A stretch of 64,000 bases of DNA, taken from contig JBHGNT010000001.1 of the NCBI GenBank assembly GCA_043228905.1, forward strand, positions 1,798,001-1,862,000, read 5' to 3'. The position numbers and the translations under genes are program-made. This DNA is from Azolla caroliniana. Its lineage: Eukaryota; Plantae; Polypodiophyta. Shown here one piece after another: positions 44,197-56,513 of this stretch; the stretch's first letter is position 1, and every line of letters starts with the position of its first letter. Under the pieces are notes generated by a model, which made no database searches, was not told the DNA's origin, and saw only the letters and a program-made list of their open reading frames with translations.

Positions 44197-44235
<39 letters not shown>
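44197..44235. repeat. (CT)n microsatellite in the P450 5' UTR region
   Basis: Direct reading, about 10 bp upstream of the ATG. Confidence 0.95.
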
Positions 44236-44238
<3 letters not shown>

Positions 44239-47200
44239 TTATTTCTCTTTCTTTCAAACCAACCAACTAACAAGCTATGCTATGTATGTAAGCTAGATAG
44301 TAGCAAGCACTTACATAGAATTGTTCTCACACACCCTCCCTTTTTATATCTTTCTAGTATGAAGTCAAGTTAATATAGGTGATAGATATAGGTCTCAGAT
44401 CTCCTCTTGCTTATAAAGGGAGAGAGAGAGAGAGGTCTTTGTTTGTTGCAACAATCCTGTTTGTTTAGTTCTTTTGTTTTTTCCACTCTGTGCGATAGCA
44501 ACCAAATGGAGGGGAACACTATGATCGTCACCCTTGATGTGTAAAGCGGTGTGCGCTCACATCATTTCTATTTTCTTGCTTACTCGTTTTGGGCCTCTAG
44601 GAGGGGGTGGGGTGTATGTTTGTTCTAAGAACAAACATGAGTAATAACACGTTTTCTATCAGGTCGATAAATGTGATCGTTATCAATCAAAGGTTATCGG
44701 CATAAAGAGAAAAGGCAAAACCTGCTTTATAGAGTAGAACGAGTTGTCAAGCATCGACCAATATAAAGACAAGGTAGCTCGGCAAGTGTAACACACAAGG
44801 CCCACTTTTGTTTTGTTTTTGTTTTTTTTTAAACTTGTTATTGACTTTGTATACCAATCAGGATGCTCTATTTGAAGTTCAAATTTACCTCCTCAAAATA
44901 ATATCATCTTTTATCTTTTAACCCCAAAGGTACACAAATTTAATGTACTTCTTTACAGTACCCTTTTTTTTTTAGGCCTCAAATGCTCATCAATAGACAA
45001 CATTTTCCCTAATGCCTCGGCTCAAAAACTTTCAAGATTTATGGTATAAATCATCTCACAAGAGCCAAAAAAGAGAGTTTATTATTAAAGGCCCCCACCA
45101 AACCATAGACCCTTTCTTGTAGAAATGTCATTGGTGGCCACAAGTTAAAAAGAAGGTGGGTTGCCGACCTGTTGGCCCTTGCAGACCAAATTCAAAGCTT
45201 TAAATAGAGAATGATTTTCTGAAACTTAGTATGGCTTAAAAACAAAGCATGTTGGTAAACGGTGGAAAGATATAGGTTTACAATCATTTATAAATCATGT
45301 ACATGTCTGGAGCATGCCTCGACCTATACAGGATTTATAAAGAAATGGCAAAATGTCACATAGGGACAAACAAAAAAGTGTCTCTTTCCAAGGATGTTTT
45401 CTCAACCATTGGGAGAGCTCAATTCATGGTGATTTCTTCATCATCAGTGCACTCTAATGGGATATATATATCAAGGAGTGATAAAACAGTTGGTCTTCCA
45501 ACAAAAAAATGATTTATAATTGGATGATACTGATCAGTTGTGTGTGTGTGTGTGTGTGTTATATGATATTCTTCATCTATGATCGTTCCTCTTACATGTT
45601 CCTCTCAATGTATTGCATGTGCTTCATTAGGTAACCATTGTAGGTAGGGGCTTATACTTATTGCATTGAGTCATGTTTGTTCACAATATTAAGATACTAC
45701 GTGAGATATATCACACACAAACTCACTAACAAGCTTAGACCAACTTACTACAATGCCCATTCACGAGTCATCCAACAATATAAAAGTTAGTGCACAATTA
45801 ACTCAAAGCACTTAACAATCACTTAGCTTAAACCACTATATAAATAGAGTTCAGTTAAATTACAAATTTAAATTGGATTAGAATTCTACACGTGTATTTT
45901 AGATATCTATCTCATTCACACTTATATTATACTATTTGTAAATGTGGTTGGTGGGGCTCCATCTTATCGTTGGCTTTAACTTTGTACTTGTTGATCCTTG
46001 ATCAACTATCACTTTCACATTAAAAAAGAACACTGCCTATTTGACAAATATTTATTCTTACCTTTTACAGTTTTTTGCCCATAGAATAACGTAATGTTAC
46101 ATCCCAAGTGCATGGAGTAATGTATTCCATGAACCCGTGGTTGTTAGAGCAGGAAGAGATCACAAATATTTAGGATGCCTTCCTCTTTTACAAGTGTGTC
46201 GAACGACGATGGGTGTCATCAAACGTGATCATTGGAGGCGAGGATGGGAGTTCACAAGTGTGTACTATGAGAGCATGTGAAATGGTTGGAATAGAAGCGT
46301 AGTGAGGATGTTGTTAGGTTTGGGAAAAGGGAGAGCTACGGTATCACAAGGAATGTGGCATAGTTGGTGTTCTCTTGGTTCCACCTAGACACAAGATGGC
46401 ATGCCTCATTAATCATGTCAACCACAAGTTCCTAATAAGTTTGGACAATTATATGTATTTTTATTCAATTTAGGTACTAGATTATTTTCTTATTAGTAGT
46501 AGTACGAGTCTTATGGTTACTATGTATTTTTATTTGTCGGTGGATATACATCTCTATTATTATAACAAAGGATTGGTTTTTTACCAAATGATTTTATTTG
46601 TTCAATTTATTATATACTCGGTTGTTATTTATTGGGTTATTATCAGTATATTTTAATAAAAAAGGCATGTGTGTGTTTTGTGTCAGCGACTGATGTGGTC
46701 CAGTCACTTTGGTGGGAAGTGACTCAACCAAGTCACGTGGGGTATCTAGCTTGACCGCGACACAGCTTGACTGCGACACTGAGCGCGTTAAATAGCTTGA
46801 AATCCTATGCTGAAAAATTGGAGTTAACATAGAAAATTGAGAAATTTTAGGCATGTAGTCAATTATCGTTTGGGTCAAAGGGAGAACAAATGTGCATATG
46901 TTTGAGTCTCCCTCATTTCAGGTTTCAAAGATTGTGTTGTATCTAAGAAAGTTGACACTATTATATGGTCTTGTTGGTGGTGGGCATACGAATTCTAACC
47001 ACCCATTTTGCAATTATTTTATGAGGTTTTGTTGAGGTTGCAAGCCTTGGATTGTGGATCATACGTTATAGGATTGAGTTGTCACTCGAGCTAATTTCAT
47101 GCAACCATTATTTAGAGTTGCTCTTAAACCACCCATGAACCTGAATGAGAGTTTTTGAGACTTGCTAGAAGACACGTATTTGTTGGCCATGTACCCTATC

Positions 47201-48071
47201 ATTGTTTTGTTGATGAGCTCATTCATTTATGTGCCTAGATCACGAGAATCAACTTGATTAGATGCATGGGATTGTTTTCACTTTCCACGACTTATACTTT
47301 TAGTGGTTAGGTGTAATCAATTAATTATGCAAAGGAAGCTAGAATTGTTCACTTCTCTTATCCCATCCTTAGGTTATTGGGAGTTTTTTGTACCCACCAA
47401 ATAGCTTCTTAATCAATATGTGGTTCTTCAATCACCATTCCATGAACTTGACCCATGTAGACTTTTTTCACCAACTTTGTGGTTGTGGTGCAAGGTTATG
47501 CATTACAAGGCTTCTAATTTGTGGGTAAATTTTTGTATGTGGTTGAACTTAGAATTTTGAGATGGAGTACCTCCAATTCTCAACACTCAGGAAGTGCTAA
47601 TTTAGACCATTATGCACTAACTAGGCCCATGTGTGCTTATTACAAAACAATCCAAGGTCAGTCCATCCTCATCACGATATTTCATGCCTACGGGATACAT
47701 TCCCTCCACCATAGCTAGCATATGTACCCAATTCATCACTAAATCATAGCTTGTGGGGGATGAGGTGTTTCTATTCCACAAGGTATAATAGTGATTTCTA
47801 ACCTACAAGCTAGTGGACCAACTTCAAAATTGATCGTCATGGTTTGGTCATATAATATGCTACTCTTTTTTTGCTTTGAAGGATTCACCTTAGTATATTA
47901 CTTGAGAACTGTACATGGAGAAAAGAGAAGGAGACATTTCATCTCACTTCTATGATCATGATATAAAAGCTAGTACAAGCATCTGATCAAGCAGATGTTG
48001 TATATTAAACAAGTAGAACGGGTTACTCTCTTGTTAATGCATTTTTTGCATATGATCCCGTACCATACAAG

Positions 48072-48890
48072 TTTTTATTTTTATTTTTATTTTTATTGTT
48101 TTGAAGATTCACCTTGGTATTAATGGAAAGATGCCCAAAGGTTATAAAGAACTTGTACATGAAAACACAACCACCATACCCACATCAACCAACATGTTGA
48201 ATAGCAAAAGCCCTCTTCCATTGGAGCTGTAACAAATTTCTAGAACACTTTGGCTGTAACATATAAGCAATATGTAGATCCCCAAAGGAAATTCCTAATA
48301 AGCCTTTGTACTTGTGATAGAACAATAGTTGATTTGCAACAATGACCCTATCTATCAATGACAATTTAGCAGTACTCCAATAGTAACATTAATTGAACTT
48401 CCTTATGGTAAGCAACAAAGGAGCTACATGATCTTTCAATGAAAGATTAATACCAACCTGACATCCTAGATATATTATCGGTTTACCACACGGGATCCAT
48501 TGAAACCCTTCCTGTGGACACCACAATGGGGTTATTATGGTACCCTCCCAAAAACCCACCGACTTGTTCCAGTTAATAACAGTTCCAGAAGCATAACAAT
48601 ATTTTTATAGCTTGTTGTACTCTACAAAGATTATCGTGAGAACCTTGCAAATACAAGGTTGTATCATCAACAAATCAGCAATCCACAATTTGCTCCTCTA
48701 ACCATGTTGCAACCCTTTTATATTCACAACATTACTAAAAGCTTCTCCGGTCGTCAAATAAAAAAAGGAGCCAACGGACATCCCCGTATCATTGACCTCG
48801 AAATTGAGAATGCTTGACCTAGCTCTCCAGCTACTTATACCCTACTAGTAACTGAGTTGTAAAGGGTTGAGATAGTTGTTAACCATTGAG
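48072..48890 (-). mobile_element. Internally deleted, 5'-truncated L1-type LINE (copy 1)
   Basis: (TAAAAA)n tail at 48072-48102. The 3' end matches 50317-50400 and the RT part matches 58170-58827 (RQGCPLAP- and FVDD-type motifs). Confidence 0.85.
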
Positions 48891-49054
48891 ATATAGGTTT
48901 TATTTTCCAAAGTCCATGATGGTCCAAAGGGTGGTATGGAGATGCCATTGCATACACCTCCTCATATGCATCACATCTTCCCCAGTTCAGGTTCCCCGCA
49001 ATCATACTCAAGTAAGTACACATGCACGCACACATTTATGCAACACTGGCTTAC

Positions 49055-49670
49055 CATGAGCTTCTCATGAAAGAAAGCCATGTCCAATTAAGTCACTTAT
49101 GTCTGACCTCCTAGGATACCTCTAATAGTTAGTCAATTGTGTGGAGAACGCTACCTTTGAAATGCTTTGGGTTAGTGATGATGAAACAAGCAGGAGATCC
49201 ATTCCGATACACACACAGCATACACCCAAAGAAAGCATTTTGTATATGGTTGATGTTGCTTCAAAACCATTATCTATATATGTATGCTTAGCCAAAAACA
49301 GAATCCTTAAAACCTATGAAAAAGAAACAAGATAATGAGCTAGAGATTTTCAAGTGTGGAGTGATTTTTCCATATGTTCTCTAACAAAGGATTTGTGAAG
49401 TGATGTTGTTGGTGATTTTTGGCATGCAAATCTTATGTGCTTCATTTCTCAACACAATTATATTTTTCGAGAGGTTCCCATAACGAATATGGGAGCTCAG
49501 TAGACAATGAGTACTTTGGGATTCAACGACCAATTTGTTGCGATGTGACTTCAAACATAGGGATTCAAGGGCTCTCCAAATTGTATAGATGAGGCCATAA
49601 AAACAATAGCATGTAGAGTAGTATATATTTGAATTTTGGACCATAAGATTGGATATTCATTAAGCTCCAT
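49055..49670 (-). pseudogene. Decayed partial paralogue of the P450 (exons 1-2)
   Basis: MELNEYPILWSK, IYTIWRALESL, YGNL..IIVLRNEAHK..MPKITNN and AFFHEKL align to exons 1-2. The exon-1 donor is lost. Confidence 0.85.
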
Positions 49671-50560
49671 ATTGATAGTTTCAAGGTCTTTCTAGAAAAC
49701 AAGTTAGATTGGTCTCTCTCCTACACACACACAATTATATATTTTTAGTGTGAAGTTGGTAGGTGATCTCTTATGAAGAGGTGTTTGCTTATTGTAATAA
49801 TCTATTAGTTTTTTGTTATTCTATTATAACTAATGAGATCAAACCAAGGGAAACTTTAATCATTACCCTTCACGTGTAAATGGCTCAAGCACTCACATGA
49901 CTTCGATGTTGCTCACTCATTTTGAGCCTCAAGATGTATGTTCTTAAGTTGACAAATGTGATCCTTATCAATCCAAGAATATCGACATAAGGCAAAAAAG
50001 AAAAAGGTTGTTTATAGAGTAGAACAAGTTATTGTCAAGAATGGACCAATATAAAGACATGGAGAAGAGGTACCTTGGTGAGTGTAGCATGTTGGGCCCA
50101 CCTAACTTTTTAAGATAAAAACTGACATTGACTTCATATAGTGAATTGGGATTCAAATGCTCTAATCGAAGATTAAAATTACATGCTCTAAATGATACCA
50201 CCTTTAACCTTTAATTTTAATGTACTTTTCACAATGCCCTTTTTGAGGTGTTAAATAGTCATTAATAGACAACAACTTCCATAATGCAATGCTCAAAAAC
50301 TTTTCTTTTTTTTAAGTCAAGATTCACCAGGGTATTAATGAAAAGATGCCCAAAGGCTACAAAGTATCCATACAATCTATTACAACCCTCCTATCCACAT
50401 GAATCAACATGTGTAGTAGTGGAAACCCTCATGCAAGGTCTTTTCAAGACAGGGAGCGGAAAAAGCCATCTTGGTGGAGCGTATCTCCATTTTATTCCAT
50501 CCCCAAAATAGGTGAAGACCTCTGCTTTTTTCCAAATTTCGCGAAATTGTTGTTGCTTGC

Positions 50561-53500
50561 TGTTGAACACAGTGCTCGGCCACCACCGAGGAATAGGATC
50601 AACTCACAGAAAACAGGAAATACAAAATGCACGAAGACAATAGAGAGAAGAGTACACAGGATGTTTTACGTGGAAAACCCTAAATGGGAAAAACCACGGG
50701 AGTCCTCAAACTCCAACTATCTCATAGGCGTTCGTATCGTTCGCCACATGCTGCAGAACACTTACATCAACATATTGCCGGATCGTCGCTACGGCTTTCC
50801 GGTTCAGGAGCTTCCACTCCGACTCTATTACCCCCTTGGGTATCTCGGCATTGTCGATCGGTTCATACAGGTCTCGGACGATGAGAAGGTCTTCCATCTT
50901 TATCTTCCAGTCGGCGTAGTTCTGTGAGTTCAACACCATCATGCCCGGAGGCCCACTACCGCCGCCTTCCATTTTCTGTGTTACCGTCGCTCTGATACCA
51001 CTTTGTTGAACACAGTGCTCGGCCACCACCGAGGAATAGGATCAACTCACAGAAAACAGGAAATACAAAATGCACGAAGACAATAGAGAGAAGAGTACAC
51101 AGGATGTTTTACGTGGAAAACCCTAAATGGGAAAAACCACGGGAGTCCTCAAACTCCAACTATCACTATAAACAGAGATGTACAATGGTGAAGCTACAAG
51201 GCAACAACCTTGAGCTCACTGCCTTTGCCACAGGCGGCGGTAATACACAGAGGCAACGACCTCTTCGTCTCTCTCTCTCTCTCTCTCTCTCTCTGCTGCT
51301 CACTTAGCTCCCTCTAAGTGGAAAACTAGAAAAATGAGTAACTACACTAAAACTGTTTGCCCTAAGTCATATTTATACACATATGACTTTCGGGCTATTT
51401 ACAAATATAGCCTAGACGGCCCTTGGCAAACATATTCACAAATATGTCCCCGCATCCGGATCTCTCTCCGGGTACATCCATCATCCGGCTCCGTAGCCGG
51501 GGTCTTCATCATCCGGCTCCGTAGCCGGGGTCTTCATCATCCGCCTCTGTAGCCGGGGTCTTCATCATCCGGATCCGGAACCGGGTCTTCATCATCCGGC
51601 TCCGATACCGGGTACTCCTCGTTCGGGTCTTCATTCCCGATTCCCGGACATCTGACCATCCCATCCGGAGGGACCGTAATCCCAATAAACTCCCCCTTCA
51701 CTTCGGCATGGGATGTCTTTCCAGTCCGACCCTCTTCCGGCACGCTTCCAGCTTGTCGGGTGTGAGCACTTTGGTCAGCATATCTGACCCGTTCTCGTCC
51801 GTGTGGATCTTCGTCAGCACGAACTCCTGGTCTTCTATCCTTTCCCGGATCCAGTGATATCTTCGCTGGATGTGCTTCGTCCGGGAGTGATAGGCCGCGT
51901 TCTTCGCAAGGTGGATGGCACTCTGACTGTCGCAGTAGAGTCGGTACTCCTCCTGCCGGATACCGAGCTCTCTAATGAAGTCCTTCATCCATATCATTTC
52001 CTTGCCGGCTTCAACAGCCGCCATGTACTCCGCCTCCGTGGTTGACAGTGCAACCGTCTTCTGCAGCCTCGACTGCCACGAAACAGCTCCCCCTGCATAC
52101 GTCATCACATACCCTGATGTGGACCGGCTGGTATCTGCATCAGCCGACATATCCGAATCGGTAAAGCCGTCGAGTTCGGGCTTACCGGAGCCGAATCGGA
52201 GGCACACGTTTGCCGTGCCCTTCAGGTATCGGAGTATCCACTTGGCCGCGTTCCAGTGCTCTTTGCCGGGATTGCTCATGTACCGGCTCACCACTCCGAC
52301 TGCATATCCTATGTCCGGTCTTGTACACACCATTGCGTACATCAAGCTTCCGACGGCAGAGGCATATGGTACTTTCATCATGTCCTCCTTCTCAGCCTTT
52401 GTCTTGGGGCTTTGCTTGCTGGACAACTTGCAATTTGCCGGGAGGGTTGACCCGACCGGTCTTGCTTCCGACATGTTGAACCGGTGAAGCACCTTTGTCA
52501 CGTACTTCTCCTGTGACAGCCACAACTGCTTCTTCTTCCGGTCCCGGATGATGTGCATCCCTAGTATTTGCCTCGCCGGACCCAGGTCCTTCATTGAGAA
52601 GGTTTGGTGAAGCGCTTTCTTCAGCATCCGTATCTTGACATGGTCCCGTCCGACGATCAACATGTCGTCCACGTACAGGAGGAGTATTAGAAAGTCTCCT
52701 CCTTCGAACTTCTTCACAAACACGCAGTGATCGGACTGCGTTTTGTTGTACCCTTCGTCGGTCATGAAAGAGTCGAACTTCCGGTACCATTGCCGGGGAG
52801 CCTACTTCAGTCCGTAAAGGCTCTTCTTCAACCGGCATACCAGGTGCTCCTTCCCTTTCTTCTCGAATCCTTCCGGTTGCTGCATGTAGATCTCTTCTTC
52901 GAGGTCACCGTGAAGGAATGCCGTCTTCACGTCCATCTGTTCTACCTCGAGGTCCATGCTTGCCGCTATGCTCAGCACCGTCCGGATGGAGGTCATCTTC
53001 ACTACCGAGGCAAATATCTCGTCGAAGTCGACGCCCTTCTTCTGCTGGAACCCCTTCACCACGATCCTGGCTTTGTATCTCGGGGGGTTTCCGGCATCTC
53101 CCGGTTTCAGCTTGAACACCCACTTGTTTCGAAGTGCCCGCTTTCCTTTCGGCAACTCCACAAGTTCATATGTGTGGTTCTCATGCAGGGAATCCATCTC
53201 CTCCTGCATGGCACTTAACCACCTGCGGCTATGGGTGTCAAGCTTTGCTTCTTCAAAACTCTCCGGCTCCCCCTCGTCGGTTAGCAGCACGTGCTCTGGT
53301 TCCGGAAATCTCCGGGGGGCCCTTCTCTCTCTTAGAGGATATCTCCGTTCCGGAGCTTCGGTAACCGGCTCCTCCGTTTCCTCTTCATCCGAATCCATTT
53401 CGGGATCGGGGCCGGTTCCGGTATCAGTTTCATCTTCCTCGGCCGGTTCTGTTTCTTCACCGTCTTCGGCCGGATCCTCGAGTGCTAACCGGTCCCTTGC

Positions 53501-56500
53501 CGGTCGGGACTGCTCCTCGTAGAGTTGATCCTCACCGGTCGACTTGGAGCTCTTCATCTTCTTCTCCGACTCCCAGTCGGCGAGTGTCTTGTCCTCCATG
53601 AAGATGATATCACGACTCCGGAATATCTTTTTGTCGATCGGGTCCCATACTCGGTAGCCGAACTCGTCATCGCCGTAACCGAGGAATATGCATGGCCGGG
53701 TCTTTGGATCTAGCTTTCCTCTCCGGTCCTTTGCCACATGCACATATGCGAGACACCCGAAAACCTTCAGATGCCGGTAGGATACTTCCCTACCGGTCCA
53801 CACTCTCTGCGGCGTGTCTCCGTCCAAAGGTACTGAGGGTGATCTGTTTATCACGTATGTCGCCGTCGACATTGCCTCAGCCCAAAACCCCTTGGGTAAT
53901 TTCGCATGCGCCAGCATACTCCGGACCCTCTCCATTATGGTCCGGTTCATCCTCTCGGCCAGCCCGTTCAGTTCCGGCGTCTTCGGCACAGTAAACTCGA
54001 GCCGGATTCCCTTCGAGCGACAGTACTCCTTGAACTGCCCCCGGTATTCCCCTCCGTTATCCGCTCGTATCGCTTTCAGCTTCTTGCCGGATTCCCTTTC
54101 CACTCTCGCGTGGAGTTCTTTGAAGACGCACAACACTTGGTCCTTTGTCTTCAACGGTGCCGTCCACAGCTTCCGGCTGTGGTCATCAATGAATGTCACG
54201 AAGTACTGGGCTCCGCCATGTGACTTCGTTTCTACTTGACACACGTCAGTGTGCACCAACTCCAATGGTGCGCTACGTCTCGTCGGTGGCCTTGAGTGGA
54301 AGGAGGTTCGGTTCTGCTTACCGGCCAGGCAATCGGTGCACTTCTCCAGGTGCACATGCTTCACTGGAATAAGGTTGTCTTCTGCAAGCCTCTTCATCCC
54401 CTTCTCACTCATGTGGCACAGTCTCTTGTGCCACAGCTCACCGGCAGTGTCGGCTGCCACGTTCAACTCCTCCGGACACAACCAGGCATTCATAAGGTAC
54501 AGTGTGTTGACTTTCCGGGCCCGAGCCACTATCAGGCTCCCCTTGCTGAACTTCATTACGCAGTTCCGGATGCTACCTGTGTAGCCTTCATCGTCTAGCC
54601 TCCCGGCCGAAATCAGGTTCAATCGAACCTCCGGAACGTGTCGGACATCCTTCAGCAACATTTTGCATCCGGTTGATGTCATCAGCCACACGTCTCCTAT
54701 GCCGGCAATCCGGCATGTACCTTCATTTCCCATCCGGACACAGCCGTGCTCACCGGCTGTGTAGGATGAGAAGTATTTCTTCTCCGGGGTCAGGTGGAAC
54801 GACGCTCCGGAATCGACCACCCAGGTCATCTCTTCACGGGCAAGGTTCAGCTCCCTTTCTTCGGTAATGAGCATTATCTCTTCTTCACTTGCCGCGAGTG
54901 CCGTCGTTCCTTTCCGGTCCTGCCCTCGCCGATCCGGACCTCTCCGGTCCGTGGCTCCCCGATATGCACCGTTTCGCTCCGGTGACTTCTTCGAATCGGT
55001 ACCGTCGGTTCCGTTGTCTTTCCGGAAATGCCGACAGTTCTTCTGGAAGTGCCCCGGCTTCCCACAGTAGAAGCATGTAGGTCTTCCCCTCGACTGCGAC
55101 CGTGTCCCCGACTTCTCCCGTCTTTGCGGACTCCAGTTCCGTTGTCTTCCCCGTTCCGATTCGGTAAGCAGCGCCTTCGAGTCGGAGGCCGGTTCTTTGT
55201 CTCTCCGACGCGCTTCTTCATTTAGAATACTTGTCTTTACCGTTAGTAAAGACAAGTTCTCTTCCTTACAGGAGGTGCTGAGAGTAACTACCAAGTTCTC
55301 CCAGCTCTCCGGAAGGGTACACATCAGCATGATGGCTTGCATTGCGTCATCCAACGGGAACTTGATCGCCGCAAGCTGGTTCACGAATCCCATGAACGTG
55401 CTGACGTGTTCGACCATGCTCTCGCCGTCCCGGTACTTAAGATTCACTATCTTCCTCATCAGGGAGGTCCGGGTCAGAGCATTCTTCCTCTCATACAGTC
55501 CGGACAGCTTCTGCCACATCTCATAGGCGTTCGTATCGTTCGCCACATGCTGCAGAACACTTACATCAACATATTGCCGGATCGTCGCTACGGCTTTCCG
55601 GTTCAGGAGCTTCCACTCCGACTCTATTACCCCCTTGGGTATCTCGGCATTGTCGATCGGTTCATACAGGTCTCGGACGATGAGAAGGTCTTCCATCTTT
55701 ATCTTCCAGTCGGCGTAGTTCTGTGAGTTCAACACCATCATGCCCGGAGGCCCACTACCGCCGCCTTCCATTTTCTGTGTTACCGTCGCTCTGATACCAC
55801 TTTGTTGAACACAGTGCTCGGCCACCACCGAGGAATAGGATCAACTCACAGAAAACAGGAAATACAAAATGCACGAAGACAATAGAGAGAAGAGTACACA
55901 GGATGTTTTACGTGGAAAACCCTAAATGGGAAAAACCACGGGAGTCCTCAAACTCCAACTATCACTATAAACAGAGATGTACAATGGTGAAGCTACAAGG
56001 CAACAACCTTGAGCTCACTGCCTTCGCCACAGGCGGCGGTAATACACAGAGGCAACGACCTCTTCGTCTCTCTCTCTCTCTCTCTCTCTCTCTGCTGCTC
56101 ACTTAGCTCCCTCTAAGTGGAAAACTAGAAAAATGAGTAACTACACTAAAACTGTTTGCCCTAAGTCATATTTATACACATATGACTTTCGGGCTATTTA
56201 CAAATATAGCCTAGACGGCCCTTGGCAAACATATTCATAAATATGTCCCCGCATCCGGATCTCTCTCCGGGTACATCCATCATCCGGCTCCGTAGCCGGG
56301 GTCTTCATCATCCGGCTCCGTAGCCGGGGTCTTCATCATCCGCCTCCGTAGCCGGGGTCTTCATCATCCGGATCCGGAACCGGGTCTTCATCATCCGGAT
56401 CCGGAACCGGGTCTTCATCATCCGGCTCCGATACCGAGTACTCCTCGTTCGGGTCTCCATTCCCGATTCCCGGACATCTGACCATCCCATCCGGAGGGAC

Positions 56501-56513
56501 CGTAATCCCAACA
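50561..56513 (-). mobile_element. Copia element E (same family as C), tandem three-LTR structure
   Basis: TSD CTTGC (50556-60, 56514-18). LTRs at 55803-56513, 51004-51687 and partial 50561-50721. PBSs at 55788-99 and 50989-51000. Confidence 0.96.
51698..55771 (-). pseudogene. Copia E Gag-Pol with a single premature stop
   Basis: Nearly identical to 28891-32964. CAG>TAG at 52802-52804 in SLYGLK*APRQW. Confidence 0.95.

Noticed and set aside
45560-48070. AT-rich interval with short ORFs, possibly remaining P450 exons or old repeats
   Set aside because: No motifs, TIRs or homology that I could support.
33327-50560. Inversion mediated by the oppositely oriented C and E copies
   Set aside because: Each element keeps its own matching TSD, so no exchange is evident.
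52802-52804. In-frame TAG in Copia E RT as programmed readthrough
   Set aside because: Sister element C has CAG at this codon, so it is a simple C>T mutation.
56270-56440. 27-28-bp repeats resembling a CRISPR array
   Set aside because: No unique spacers. They are tandem repeats inside a Copia LTR in a eukaryotic context.
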